DNA of 63,862 nt from an uncultured Collinsella sp. (lineage in GTDB: Bacteria > Actinomycetota > Coriobacteriia > Coriobacteriales > Coriobacteriaceae). The notes beneath the pieces are model-generated. The model was not told the DNA's origin and made no database searches. It saw only the letters and a program-made list of their open reading frames with translations. The DNA is taken from positions 1 through 63,862 of the forward strand of contig CABUQY010000001.1 of assembly GCA_902493915.1 (NCBI GenBank), written 5' to 3'. This document shows positions 33,823 through 43,261 of the stretch, piece by piece. How positions within the stretch are numbered: the stretch's first letter is position 1; every line of letters begins with the position of its first letter. Both the position numbers and the translations under genes were made by a program.

Positions 33823-34698
33823 ATGGACATGACGGATATGACGAGGGCGGCCGTGTCGCGCCGTCACTTTTTGCAGCTGGCGGGCGCCGGTATGCTTACG
33901 CTGACGGGGGCCGCGCTTACCGGTTGCGGCAACTCCACCAGCGGCGAGGGCTCCGACAAGGGGTCCAAGCTTGCGGCCATTAAGTCGCGCGGCCATCTGA
34001 ATGCCGGCGTTAAGAAGGATGTTCCCGGCTATGGCTATTACGACACCGCCAAGGGCCGCTTTGAGGGCATGGAAGTCGATTTGTGCTATCAGATCGCCGC
34101 TGCTGTCTTTGACGTGAGCTACAAGGAGGCCCGCGCCCAGGAGCTTGTCGAGTTTACCGACGTAACGCCCAAGACGCGCGGCCCGCTGATCGATAACGGC
34201 CAGCTTGACGTGGTCGCGGCGACCTACACCATCACCGACGAGCGCAAGAAGAGCTGGGATTTCTCGACGCCGTACCGCACCGACTACGTGGGACTCATGG
34301 TTAAGAAGCGTTCGGGCTTTACCTCGATTGAGGACCTGGACGGCAAGGTCATTGGCGTGAGCCAGGGTGCCACCACGCAGAGCCTGATCGAGCAGATGAT
34401 CAAGGACAACGGCTTTAGCTGCGAGCCCGAGTTTAGGGCCTTTAGTGGCTACCCCATCATCAAGAGTTCGCTCGATGCCGGCAATATCGACGTCTTTGCC
34501 ATGGACCGCTCCACGCTGGCCGGTTACATGAACGAGACCGTTGAGCTGCTGCAGCCCGAGGTCAAGTTTGGCGAGCAGGGCTACGGCGTGGCGACCAAGA
34601 AGAGCTGCGACCTTTCGGCCGTGGTCGATCAGGTGATTTGCGATCGCCTGGCCGATGGCTGGCTCGACCAAGAGGTCAAGACCTGGGGTCTTGTATAG
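33823..34698 (+). CDS. Amino acid ABC transporter substrate-binding lipoprotein (Peb1A/GluB-like)
   Basis: Tat-like SRRHFL, lipobox LTGC, GVKKDVPGYG, ATYTITDERKK. Confidence 0.9.
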   Translation: MDMTDMTRAAVSRRHFLQLAGAGMLTLTGAALTGCGNSTSGEGSDKGSKLAAIKSRGHLNAGVKKDVPGYGYYDTAKGRFEGMEVDLCYQIAAAVFDVSYKEARAQELVEFTDVTPKTRGPLIDNGQLDVVAATYTITDERKKSWDFSTPYRTDYVGLMVKKRSGFTSIEDLDGKVIGVSQGATTQSLIEQMIKDNGFSCEPEFRAFSGYPIIKSSLDAGNIDVFAMDRSTLAGYMNETVELLQPEVKFGEQGYGVATKKSCDLSAVVDQVICDRLADGWLDQEVKTWGLV

Positions 34699-34723
34699 GC
34701 GCATCGTCCAAGGAAGGAATCAA

Positions 34724-35470
34724 ATGCTCGAAGGATTATTTGACGCCGACCGTTGGTCGACGACATTTCAAAATATGGGACCCTTCTGGGAGGGCTTTGG
34801 CGTGACGCTGCAAGTGGTCGTTGCCGGTCTACTGCTGTCGCTGGTACTGGGCACGCTGCTGGGCGTGTTCTCTACCACTCGCTCGCGCGTGCTGCGCGCC
34901 ATAAGCCGCGTGTACGTGGAGTTTTACCAGAACACCCCGTTGCCCGTGCAGGTGCTCTTTATGTACATGGCCGGTCCGCAGTTTTTGCAGGCCATAACCG
35001 GTGCCGATCAGCCGGTGCGCATCGCGCCGTTCGTGCTGGGCTTCTTGGGTGTGGGCCTGTATCACGCGGCCTACATTTCGGAGGTCATCCGCACTGGTAT
35101 CGAGGCGGTTCCGCGCGGTCAGATGGAGGCGGCCCAGAGCCAGGGCTTCACCCGTGCGCAGGCGTACTGGTACATCGTGCTGCCCCAGACATTCAAGATC
35201 ATTCTGCCGCCGCTGTGTAACCAGGCACTCAACCTGGTCAAGAACACGTCGGTGCTGGCGCTTGTGGCCGGCGGCGACCTTATGTACCGTTCCGACAACT
35301 TTGTGAGTCTGTACGGTTACCTGCAGGGATACATCGTCTGCTGCCTTATGTACTTCATCATCTGCTTTCCGCTCGCCATGCTGGTGCAGTGGCTCGAGCG
35401 CCGCTCCAAGGAGCGTCCGCGCGGCGTGAGCCTGGCCGAGCTGGGGCCCGACAACGTAGAGGAGGCCTAG
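34724..35470 (+). CDS. Amino acid ABC transporter permease
   Basis: YVEFYQNTPLPVQ, EAA loop, LVKNTS. Confidence 0.93.
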   Translation: MLEGLFDADRWSTTFQNMGPFWEGFGVTLQVVVAGLLLSLVLGTLLGVFSTTRSRVLRAISRVYVEFYQNTPLPVQVLFMYMAGPQFLQAITGADQPVRIAPFVLGFLGVGLYHAAYISEVIRTGIEAVPRGQMEAAQSQGFTRAQAYWYIVLPQTFKIILPPLCNQALNLVKNTSVLALVAGGDLMYRSDNFVSLYGYLQGYIVCCLMYFIICFPLAMLVQWLERRSKERPRGVSLAELGPDNVEEA

Positions 35471-35473
35471 CGC

Positions 35474-36112
35474 ATGGAAATCTTCAACGCGACCAACCTG
35501 CTCTACATTTGGGGCGGCTTTGTTAAGACAATCGAGATCTCGGCGCTGTCGATCTTTTTCTCGCTCATCTTTGGCACGGTGCTGGCGCTCGTTAAGAGCT
35601 ATGCGCCCCGCCCGTTCCGTATTTTGGTGAGCGCCTATATCGAACTGTTCCGTTGCACGCCAAACCTGCTGTGGATCCTGTTTATCTACTTTACGGTGCA
35701 GGGTTTGGACATTGTGATTTCGACCATCGCCTTTACGCTGTTTACCAGCGCTGTTATGGCCGAGATTGTGCGCGGCGGCCTCAACTCGATTCCGCGCGGC
35801 CAGTTTGAGGCAGCGCAGAGCCAGGGCTTCGGCTTCTTTGCCACCATGCGCTACATCATTTTGCCGCAGACGTTTAAGACGATCATTCCGGCGCTGTTTA
35901 GCCAGTGCACGACCGTCATTAAGGACAGCTCGTATCTTTCGGGCATTAACGTGGCCGAGCTCATGTACACGGCAAACGTGGTGATGGCCCACGCGATCGA
36001 CCTGTCGCAGGTGCTTATGCTCTACGGCCTGGTGTTTGCGATGTACTTTGTGCTCAACTTTGGTATCTCGCTGCTGGTTCGCGCATATCAACGTCGTATC
36101 GTGGCAGCGTAG
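35474..36112 (+). CDS. Amino acid ABC transporter permease
   Basis: YIELFRCTP, AEIVRGGLNSIPRGQFEAA, IKDSS. Confidence 0.93.
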   Translation: MEIFNATNLLYIWGGFVKTIEISALSIFFSLIFGTVLALVKSYAPRPFRILVSAYIELFRCTPNLLWILFIYFTVQGLDIVISTIAFTLFTSAVMAEIVRGGLNSIPRGQFEAAQSQGFGFFATMRYIILPQTFKTIIPALFSQCTTVIKDSSYLSGINVAELMYTANVVMAHAIDLSQVLMLYGLVFAMYFVLNFGISLLVRAYQRRIVAA

Positions 36113-36113
36113 A

Positions 36114-36144
36114 ATGTGACAAAGGGACTGTCCCTTTGTCACAT
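36114..36144. repeat. Perfect palindrome with GGGAC-t-GTCCC centre
   Basis: atgtgacaaagggac-t-gtccctttgtcacat. Confidence 0.85.
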
Positions 36145-36160
36145 AGAGAAAGGAATCGCG

Positions 36161-36784
36161 ATGAGCGATCTGGAGAATAAGAAGAATCCTGTGGTCATTA
36201 CCATCGCGCGCGACTTTGGCGCCGAGGGCCACGAGATTGGCCGCATGCTTGCCGACGAGTTGGGGATTCCGCTGTACGATAACGAGCTGCTGGTACGTGC
36301 GTCGCTGCGCGCGGGCGAGTCGCTCGATAAGATGGCCGCCTATGATGAGCGTCTGGCCGTGGAGAACATGGCGTTTCTGCCCGACCGCTACGATGCGCGT
36401 TCGTACTCGGATAAGTTGTTCCAAAAGATGAGCCAGGTGATTTTGGATCTGGGCGAGACCGAGAGCTGCATTATCGAAGGCCGTCTGTCCGATTACCTGC
36501 TGCGCAACAACCCCAGCCACATTGCCGTGTTGGTGACCGCTCCCTTTGAGGACCGCGTCGAGATCGTGCGCAAGAAGCGTGGTCTTAACAAGAAGAAGGG
36601 CGCCAAGCTGGTCAAGCAGCAGCAGAAGGCGCGCGAGGCGTTCTACAAGCGCTACAGCGCCGGCAAGTGGAAGATGACGAGCGGTAAGGACATCGTCGTC
36701 AACCGCGCCAAGCTGGGCCGCGAAGGCTGCAAGGACGTCATCGCCGCTGCCTACCGCTACAAAGTGGCGCAGCTCGAAGACTAG
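36161..36784 (+). CDS. Cytidylate kinase-like family protein
   Basis: ITIARDFGAEGHEIG, CIIEGRLSDYLL. Confidence 0.85.
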   Translation: MSDLENKKNPVVITIARDFGAEGHEIGRMLADELGIPLYDNELLVRASLRAGESLDKMAAYDERLAVENMAFLPDRYDARSYSDKLFQKMSQVILDLGETESCIIEGRLSDYLLRNNPSHIAVLVTAPFEDRVEIVRKKRGLNKKKGAKLVKQQQKAREAFYKRYSAGKWKMTSGKDIVVNRAKLGREGCKDVIAAAYRYKVAQLED

Positions 36785-36793
36785 CCGACCAAA

Positions 36794-36828
36794 ACCACCG
36801 CAAGGGGGACAGGCACCTTTGTGGTGGT
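36794..36828. repeat. GGGACAGG-loop hairpin
   Basis: accaccgcaagg-gggacaggca-cctttgtggtggt. Confidence 0.75.
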
Positions 36829-36844
36829 CGGTCGACTGGCATAG

Positions 36845-36882
36845 AAAAAGTCCCCGCCGGGCGTGTGCTCGACGGGGACTTT
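36845..36882. terminator. Bidirectional terminator
   Basis: aaagtccccgccgggc...gctcgacggggacttt between convergent genes. Confidence 0.75.
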
Positions 36883-36910
36883 GCCGTTTGATGGCTAACG
36901 CTGAGGGTGA

Positions 36911-38320
36911 CTACTCGCCCAGCAGGCTCTTGGTGATGGAAGCGGCGGCCTTCTTGCCGGCGCCCATCGCCAGAATGACCGTAGCGGCACCGGTGACGAT
37001 GTCGCCGCCAGCCCAGATGCGGGGATCGGTGGTCTGGCCGGTCTCCTCGTCGGCGATGATGTAGCCCCACTTGTTGAGCTCCATCTTGCCGCCGATCTTC
37101 TTTGCGAAGGGGTTGGCGTTGGTGCCGATAGCCGAGATTGCGACGTCGCAGGGGATCTCCTCGATGGCGCCCTCGATGGGCACCGGGCGACGACGGCCGG
37201 ACTCGTCGGGCTCGCCGAGCTCCATCTTCTGGACCTTGACGGCGCACACGGAGCCGTCCTCGCCAGCGACAAACTCGAGCGGGGAGACGAGCGGCAGAAC
37301 CTCGACGCCCTCGGCCTTGGCATGGTGCAGCTCGGCGCGACGGCAGGGCATCTCGTCCTCGGTACGACGATAGGCGATGATGGCGTGCTCGGCGCCCAGG
37401 CGCTTGGCGGTACGGACGGCGTCCATAGCCACGTTGCCGCCACCAAAGACGACGACGTTCTTGCCGTGCTTGGTGGGGGTGTCGTACTCGGGGAACTTGT
37501 TGGCCTTCATCAGGTTCACGCGGGTGAGGTACTCGTTTGCGAAGAAGACGTTGGGCAGGTTCTCGCCGGGGACGTTGAGGAACTTGGGCAGGCCAGCGCC
37601 GGTCGCCACGTAGATGGCGTCGAAGCCCTGCTCGAACAGCTCCTCGGCCGTGGCCATGTTGCCCACGACGGAGTTGTACTCAAACTTGACGCCCATGTCC
37701 TTCAGGCCGTCGATCTCGCGCTTGACGACTGCCTTGGGCAGACGGAACTCGGGGATGCCGTAGACCAGCACGCCGCCGCCGGTGAAGAAAGCTTCGAAGA
37801 CGGTGACGTCAAAGCCGTTGCGGGCGAGCTCGCCGGCGCAGGTGATGCCGGACGGGCCGGAGCCGACGACGGCGACCTTCTTGCCGTTCTTGGGGGCCAT
37901 CTTGGGCGTGGAGGCGAGCTCGGGGCGGTCACCCAGGAAGCGCTCGAGCTGGCCGATGGCCACGGGCTCGGATTTCTTACCACGGATGCACTTGCCCTCG
38001 CACTGGTTCTCCTGCGGGCAGACACGGCCGCAGATGGCGGGAAGCATGGAGTCCTCGCGGATGGTATCGAGGGCGCCGCCGAAGTCCTTCGCGCGGATCT
38101 GCTCGATAAAGTGGGGGATGTTGATGTTGACGGGGCAGCCCTCGACACAGAACGGCTTCTTGCAGTTGAGGCAGCGCTCGGCCTCGGCCAGCGCCATCTC
38201 CTCGGTGAAGCCCTTGTCGACGGGGCGGAAGTCGCAGGCGCGCTCGGCAGCCGGCTCCTCGTTATCGGGGGTGCGGGGCGACTTCATATCGGCAACGAAA
38301 CGACCGTTAACTAGTGGCAT
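36911..38320 (-). CDS. nfnB: NfnB/SudA-like large subunit (glutamate synthase small-chain-like Fe-S flavoprotein)
   Basis: RCLNC...CVEGCP, CGRVCPQENQCEGKC, GSGPSG, GGGNVAMD, GGDIVTGAATV; paired with an NfnA-like gene. Confidence 0.8.
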   Translation of the reverse strand: MPLVNGRFVADMKSPRTPDNEEPAAERACDFRPVDKGFTEEMALAEAERCLNCKKPFCVEGCPVNINIPHFIEQIRAKDFGGALDTIREDSMLPAICGRVCPQENQCEGKCIRGKKSEPVAIGQLERFLGDRPELASTPKMAPKNGKKVAVVGSGPSGITCAGELARNGFDVTVFEAFFTGGGVLVYGIPEFRLPKAVVKREIDGLKDMGVKFEYNSVVGNMATAEELFEQGFDAIYVATGAGLPKFLNVPGENLPNVFFANEYLTRVNLMKANKFPEYDTPTKHGKNVVVFGGGNVAMDAVRTAKRLGAEHAIIAYRRTEDEMPCRRAELHHAKAEGVEVLPLVSPLEFVAGEDGSVCAVKVQKMELGEPDESGRRRPVPIEGAIEEIPCDVAISAIGTNANPFAKKIGGKMELNKWGYIIADEETGQTTDPRIWAGGDIVTGAATVILAMGAGKKAAASITKSLLGE

Positions 38321-39150
38321 GCGCAGCTCTTTTCCTCATAGGCCTTGAGGGACTCGCCCTCTTCGGAACGGTAAGCGGCCTGGCGGGCACGAAGGTCATC
38401 CCAGTCGACCAGGGTGGCATCGAAGTCGGGGCCGTCGACGCAAGCGAACTTGGTCACGCCGCCCACCTCGACGCGGCAGCAGCCGCACATGCCGGTGCCG
38501 TCAACCATGATGGGATTGAGTGACGCGGTGATGGGGGTATCGTACTTCTGGGCGGTGAGGGTCGAGAACTTCATCATCGGAACGGGGCCGACGCAGAAGA
38601 CCTGGCTCACGGCCTTGTCCTGCAGCAGGCGCTCCAGCGGAGCGGTGACAACGCCCTGCTCTCCGTAGGAACCGTCGTCGGTGGTGATATGGATGTGGTC
38701 CTCGTCGAGGAGCTCGCGGAACTGGTCCTCCATGAGCAGGAGGTCCTTGGTGCGGGCGCCCATGATGGCGTGCACCTCGTGACCGGTCTCGACCAGGTGC
38801 TTGGCGACCGGGAAGGCAATTGCCAGGCCGACGCCGCCGCCAATGACGGCGCAGGGGCCCTCGGCCATCTCGGTGGGAACGCCCAGCGGGCCCACGACGT
38901 CGCGCAGCGACTCGCCGGCTTCGTAAGTGGACAGCATCTCGGTGGTCTTGCCGATCACCATGAAGATGAACTCGACCCAGCCCTCGTCACCGTTCCAGCC
39001 GGCCAGGGTAAACGGGACGCGCTCGCCCGTCTCGTTGGCGCGGACCATGAGGAACTGTCCAGCGTGCGCATGCTTGGCGATTGCGGGCGCCTCGATGCGG
39101 AACTTGAACACCTTCTCCGAGAACTGCGTCTTCTCCAGGATCTTATACAT
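38311..39150 (-). CDS. nfnA: NfnA/SudB-like small subunit (ferredoxin-NADP reductase type, 2Fe-2S)
   Basis: AGQFLMVR...GERVPFT, GPLG, MVDGTGMCGCCRV...FACVDGPDF. Confidence 0.82.
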   Translation of the reverse strand: MYKILEKTQFSEKVFKFRIEAPAIAKHAHAGQFLMVRANETGERVPFTLAGWNGDEGWVEFIFMVIGKTTEMLSTYEAGESLRDVVGPLGVPTEMAEGPCAVIGGGVGLAIAFPVAKHLVETGHEVHAIMGARTKDLLLMEDQFRELLDEDHIHITTDDGSYGEQGVVTAPLERLLQDKAVSQVFCVGPVPMMKFSTLTAQKYDTPITASLNPIMVDGTGMCGCCRVEVGGVTKFACVDGPDFDATLVDWDDLRARQAAYRSEEGESLKAYEEKSCACH

Positions 39151-39323
39151 AGAACCCCTCTCTTGTTAGGGCCGCCGAACCGTGCCTCCACGGAAATGGA
39201 CGGTAGCCCGAATAAAACCGTACGCGCACAGGCGTTGTGCAGACATACGGTGCAAATTATACCCTCATGGACATGTCACTTACGTGTGTCTTCGGCGGTT
39301 GGGAGCAGGGTTTATCCACTTCG

Positions 39324-39524
39324 ACCTGCCAAAGGGGGAGAGGTTTATTTTGGCAGGTTTTATCAGGCAAAACGGCAAAGGGGGCCGGCCTCGCGCTTCG
39401 GTGAGGCCGGCCCCCTTTGGAGCGTTGCATATGTATAGCGGCACAGGGTTTATTGCGACGCAGCCGCCGCGGCGTTTCCGCAGATGAAACCTGCCAAAAT
39501 AAACATCTCTAAATGGTAGGTTTT
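39324..39524. repeat. Inverted pair of ACCTGCCA-stem hairpins enclosing a terminator
   Basis: 39324-39361 and 39487-39524 are opposite-orientation relatives of 28336-28378. Confidence 0.75.
39377..39418 (-). terminator. Terminator downstream of pth
   Basis: aaagggggccggcctc...gaggccggcccccttt. Confidence 0.75.
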
Positions 39525-40152
39525 AGTGCTTGCCGTTGGCGGAAGCGGCGCCGTTTACGTGATCGCGGGCGTAGATTACGCCGTGGACGATGGCCAGACC
39601 GGCGGCATCTGCGGCGCGGGCGCAGGTGTCCTGGAAATCCTCGGCTTCGCGGGCGCGCAGCTGCTTGAGCACGTAGTCTGCCACGGCCATCTTGCCGGGA
39701 GGGTTGCCGATGCCGGTGCGGATACGGCTAAAGTCGCGGCTGCCCATCTTGTCGATGATGGAGCGCAGGCCGTTGTGACCGGCATGGCCTCCGCCCACCT
39801 TAACACGCACGTCGCCGGCGGGAATATCGAGCTCGTCGTGGATGACGAGCAGCTCCTCGGCCTTGATCTTGTACTCGCGGCAGAGCTTGGAGATGGGCCC
39901 GCCCGAGGTGTTCATGTACGACTGCGGCTTGACCAGTACAATCTGGCGCTTGCCGTTCTCTTCCTCGGCATCGTTGATGTTGATGAGCGCGACCTCGGCG
40001 CCTGCTTGGTTTTTCCAGTACGTGACGCCGGCCTGACGGGCCAGCTCGTCGATCGCCTTAAAACCGGCGTTGTGGCGGGTCTCGGCATACTCATCGCCAG
40101 GGTTGCCAAGTCCGGCAACCATGCGAATCTTAAGCGGCTGTGCAGCTGCCAT
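39523..40152 (-). CDS. pth: Peptidyl-tRNA hydrolase
   Basis: GLGNPG, TRHNAGF, KPQSYMNTSG, IHDELD, GHNGLRSI. Confidence 0.96.
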   Translation of the reverse strand: MAAAQPLKIRMVAGLGNPGDEYAETRHNAGFKAIDELARQAGVTYWKNQAGAEVALININDAEEENGKRQIVLVKPQSYMNTSGGPISKLCREYKIKAEELLVIHDELDIPAGDVRVKVGGGHAGHNGLRSIIDKMGSRDFSRIRTGIGNPPGKMAVADYVLKQLRAREAEDFQDTCARAADAAGLAIVHGVIYARDHVNGAASANGKH

Positions 40153-40266
40153 GTTCATCCTTTCGTTGATTTGTCGCCTGCTATGGTGAGCGACCCTGTT
40201 GCCGCTGTCAAATGGAGGGCAATTGAGGTTGTTTGGGGGCGTTTGGACGGCCGTCAAAATCCGAGG

Positions 40267-40470
40267 TGGACAGTTAGTTCAGATACGTATAAGTTCTGAG
40301 GACTCGAATTGCTCAATTCAATGCCGATACGTTGTTTTGGAACTTTAGTTAGTCCATATGACGCTGTTTTGAAGTCTACCCCGCTTTCAAATAGGGCGAA
40401 TGGTATAGAGATAGCTGCAAAACAGCCTAATTCAATGTGTCTATTTATACGTATTTGAACTAACTGTCCA
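40267..40470. mobile_element. MITE-like module, family A (204 bp), 3' of the nuclease gene
   Basis: TIRs tggacagttagttcagatacgtataa / ttatacgtatttgaactaactgtcca. Confidence 0.85.
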
Positions 40471-40503
40471 GCCCTGTTCGACGGCGCACGGGTGATTCGC
40501 CGT

Positions 40504-41631
40504 TTAGACCGGCGCAAGGCCGATTCCGGCCCGCAGAGCGTTGAGCCAAGCGGCCTGACGCTTGCGATAGCCCTTGATGCGATATCGGAATCGGACTCCT
40601 GCGAGTCGATGCATCGTTTGGGCGAAGGCTTCGAGTGCAACAAGGTCTTTCATTTGGTCGCGATTGATAACCAGGACGTGGATGCCCATTGCCTTGAGGC
40701 CATTATTTCGATTGCCATCGTGGATGCGAGCGTTTTGAAGCTCATGCCCAATTCCGTTGTATTCGTTGTCGACTCCGGCGGCCGGGCAATATAGGTCGCA
40801 GATGGCGTAAGGGATGCCGGAGGACATGTTAACCGCAAGAGTGTCGAAGTCGATTCGATAGTTGAGTAGCAGGCCTCCCATGGGCAGGCTGCAACATCCG
40901 AATCCGCCAAAGCGCATGGGCGCTCCGAGAACGGCTAACATTAGGGATTCGGCTGGGGATGCAGATCCGGGTCGGGCAAGCTTGACTGCCGTGCGAAACG
41001 AGGTGTATGAGCTACTTTTGGCGAAGCGCGCGACCGCCTCGAGATCTTCGATGGTCGTGGCGGGCTCGCATTTGTAGTGCGCCTGTTCGTAGCGGGTTTC
41101 GTTCTGCTGTTTGGCTGCCGACTGGCCGCCCAGGCAATCAAGATCGCCCGTCGCTGCGCAGCTATCGCCCTTGGGCCAGATGTCGTCATAGGCGATGGGG
41201 TAGGTTGCCTCGGGCGGAAGGGAGTAGGTTCCGAGCAGCTCCATAAGGAGCATCAAGGTTTTGGCGACCGATTCATTTTTAGAACAAAGCATGGCTGTCA
41301 TGGCAGGAGACGTTGCGTAGATGTCGGCCTCGACGTGCATAATTGCACCTTCAGGAAGCGGAGCGGAGAGAATATGCTGAAGAAGTCGCTTGTCGGGGCG
41401 TCTGTTGTCTTCGTTTGAAACGAGAAGATCGAGTAGTTCGGAATCATCTTCATTCCAGGCGTCGAGTATCGAAAGTGCGCCAAAGTCTATCGCGTCATTA
41501 TTGGGAATGCAGCTAGCCAAGGCCTGTGCTTGCTGTTCACTATCAACGGAGTCCCAGGGTAGGGCAGAGTACGCCCGTCGTGCGCGACGAATTGCGCGGA
41601 GGGCGGAGAAATGTGAAATCACGGTCGTCAT
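40504..41631 (-). CDS. AbiEi-like plus Vsr/DUF559-type PD-(D/E)XK nuclease-fold protein
   Basis: N-terminal ISHFSA, ATSPAMT, SASPAES; C-terminal ICDL...EYNGIGH...DGNRNNGLKAMGIHV; more A/T-ending codons than neighbours; no SD, TACGTT 6 nt before the ATG (possibly leaderless). Confidence 0.7.
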   Translation of the reverse strand: MTTVISHFSALRAIRRARRAYSALPWDSVDSEQQAQALASCIPNNDAIDFGALSILDAWNEDDSELLDLLVSNEDNRRPDKRLLQHILSAPLPEGAIMHVEADIYATSPAMTAMLCSKNESVAKTLMLLMELLGTYSLPPEATYPIAYDDIWPKGDSCAATGDLDCLGGQSAAKQQNETRYEQAHYKCEPATTIEDLEAVARFAKSSSYTSFRTAVKLARPGSASPAESLMLAVLGAPMRFGGFGCCSLPMGGLLLNYRIDFDTLAVNMSSGIPYAICDLYCPAAGVDNEYNGIGHELQNARIHDGNRNNGLKAMGIHVLVINRDQMKDLVALEAFAQTMHRLAGVRFRYRIKGYRKRQAAWLNALRAGIGLAPV

Positions 41632-41794
41632 AGCTATAACGTACTAAGTTGGCGGCAGAATGCGACCGCCATACCGTTCTTTTCGCTCAGCGGGGCGCTG
41701 TGCGCCATGAACGGCTGGGTGTTATGAAATCGATGGAATCGGTTGAGGGGATTGCAGGAAATTGAGCTCTGCCGCGAAGGTTGACGATAGCTAC

Positions 41795-41996
41795 TGGACA
41801 GTTAGTTCAGATACGTATAAGGCGACGGGCATTCGAGGCGTTTCTAAGGGCCTTCGAGGGTGATTTGAGGGTAAATATGCGGCGGTTGTACTCGAAAACG
41901 ATGAGCTTTGGGCGGCATGGCATCCGCCGGGGAGCTCAGAAGGCTCCGAACGGCCCTTTGGGGCTTTAAAAAATACGTATCTGAACCAATTGTCCA
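41795..41996. mobile_element. MITE-like module, family A (202 bp), 5' of the nuclease gene
   Basis: TIRs tggacagttagttcagatacgtataa / aaatacgtatctgaaccaattgtcca. Confidence 0.85.
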
Positions 41997-42017
41997 GGGA
42001 AGGTTGGCGAGGGATAG

Positions 42018-42049
42018 AAAAAGGGCCGGAAGCGAGCTTCCGACCCTTT
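42018..42049 (-). terminator. Terminator after prs
   Basis: aaagggccggaagc-ga-gcttccgacccttt with a T run on the minus strand. Confidence 0.75.
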
Positions 42050-42082
42050 AAAAGCATCAAAGATGATGCGATGCGCGTTGGA

Positions 42083-43069
42083 CTACAGCGCGAAGTCGCC
42101 GCCGACGAGCGTGGAGACGGGCTCCTCGTGGTAAACGGCGGAGATGGCCTGAGCGAACTCCTCGGCGACCGAGATGGTCTTGATCTTGCCGCCGACCTCG
42201 ACGGGAATGGCGTCGGTGACGAGGCACTCGACGATCGGGGCGTCGTTCAGACGCTCGATGGCCGGACCGGAGAAGATGCCGTGGGTGGCGCAGACGTAGA
42301 TGTCGCCAGCGCCCATAGCCTTGAGCTCCTTGACGTTGGCGCACAGGGTGCCAGCGGTGTCGATCATGTCGTCGTTGATGATGCAGGTCTTGCCCTTGAT
42401 GTCACCGATGATGCCCATGACCTCGGCGGCGTTGTGGCGCGGACGGCCCTTGTGGGCGATGGCCAGGTCGCAGCCGAGCATGTCGGACAGCTTCTTGGCG
42501 GCCTTGGCGCGGCCCACGTCGGGGGAGACGACAACCAGGTTGTCGGTGTCGAAGTTCATGGCGTTGTAGTACTGGCCAAACAGCGGCAGTGCGGACAGGT
42601 GGTTGACCGGGATATCAAAGAAGCCCTGGATCTGACCCTGGTGCAGGTCGAGGGTGATGATGCGGTCGACGCCGGCGCGCTCGAGCAGGTTGGCGACGAG
42701 GCGGGCGGTGATGGGCTCGCGCGGGCCGGCCTTGCGGTCCTGGCGGGCATAGCCGTAGTGGGTGATGACGGCGGTGATGGAGCGGGCGGATGCGCGCTTG
42801 GCAGCGTCGGTGGCGATGAGCAGCTCCATGAGCATGTCGTTGACGTTGCCGCCGGCCACGGACTGAATCAGGAAGACGTCGGCGCCGCGGACGGTCTCGT
42901 CGTAGCGGGCGTAAATCTCACCGTTGGCGAACTGCTTTAGCGTAAGGCCCGAAAGCTCGACCCCAAGGTACTCAGCGATCTTCTGAGCGAGGGGACGGTT
43001 GGAGGAACCGGAATACACGCGGATGGACTTGCGCATATTCTCCGACTTCTCGGGATCATTAATCGGCAT
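42083..43069 (-). CDS. prs: Ribose-phosphate pyrophosphokinase
   Basis: FANGE, YGYARQDRK, DLHQGQIQGFF, VSPDVG, DDMIDTAGT. Confidence 0.97.
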   Translation of the reverse strand: MPINDPEKSENMRKSIRVYSGSSNRPLAQKIAEYLGVELSGLTLKQFANGEIYARYDETVRGADVFLIQSVAGGNVNDMLMELLIATDAAKRASARSITAVITHYGYARQDRKAGPREPITARLVANLLERAGVDRIITLDLHQGQIQGFFDIPVNHLSALPLFGQYYNAMNFDTDNLVVVSPDVGRAKAAKKLSDMLGCDLAIAHKGRPRHNAAEVMGIIGDIKGKTCIINDDMIDTAGTLCANVKELKAMGAGDIYVCATHGIFSGPAIERLNDAPIVECLVTDAIPVEVGGKIKTISVAEEFAQAISAVYHEEPVSTLVGGDFAL

Positions 43070-43212
43070 TACCCTTCTCCTTTATACATCGAATGCCATA
43101 TAGATGCCTTTTTGCATTGTAACCGTGCGGCGGGGTTAATCGGGTCTTGATAACGTCTTTACCGTCAACGGACACGAACCGACCACTCATCCGGTCGCGC
43201 AGGTCACGATAG

Positions 43213-43246
43213 AAAAAGGAGCCGTCCCCATGGAACAGCTCCTTTT
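43213..43246 (-). terminator. Terminator after glmU
   Basis: aaaaggagc...gctcctttt. Confidence 0.65.
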
Positions 43247-43261
43247 GTGCTTGGTGAAACG

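Noticed and set aside
36911..38320. Glutamate synthase small subunit (gltD)
   Set aside because: No large subunit adjacent; overlap with an NfnA-like gene favours NfnB.
40504..41631. Classical transposase or complete type IV toxin-antitoxin locus
   Set aside because: No DDE, HUH or Tyr/Ser recombinase motifs, and no neighbouring AbiEii nucleotidyltransferase.
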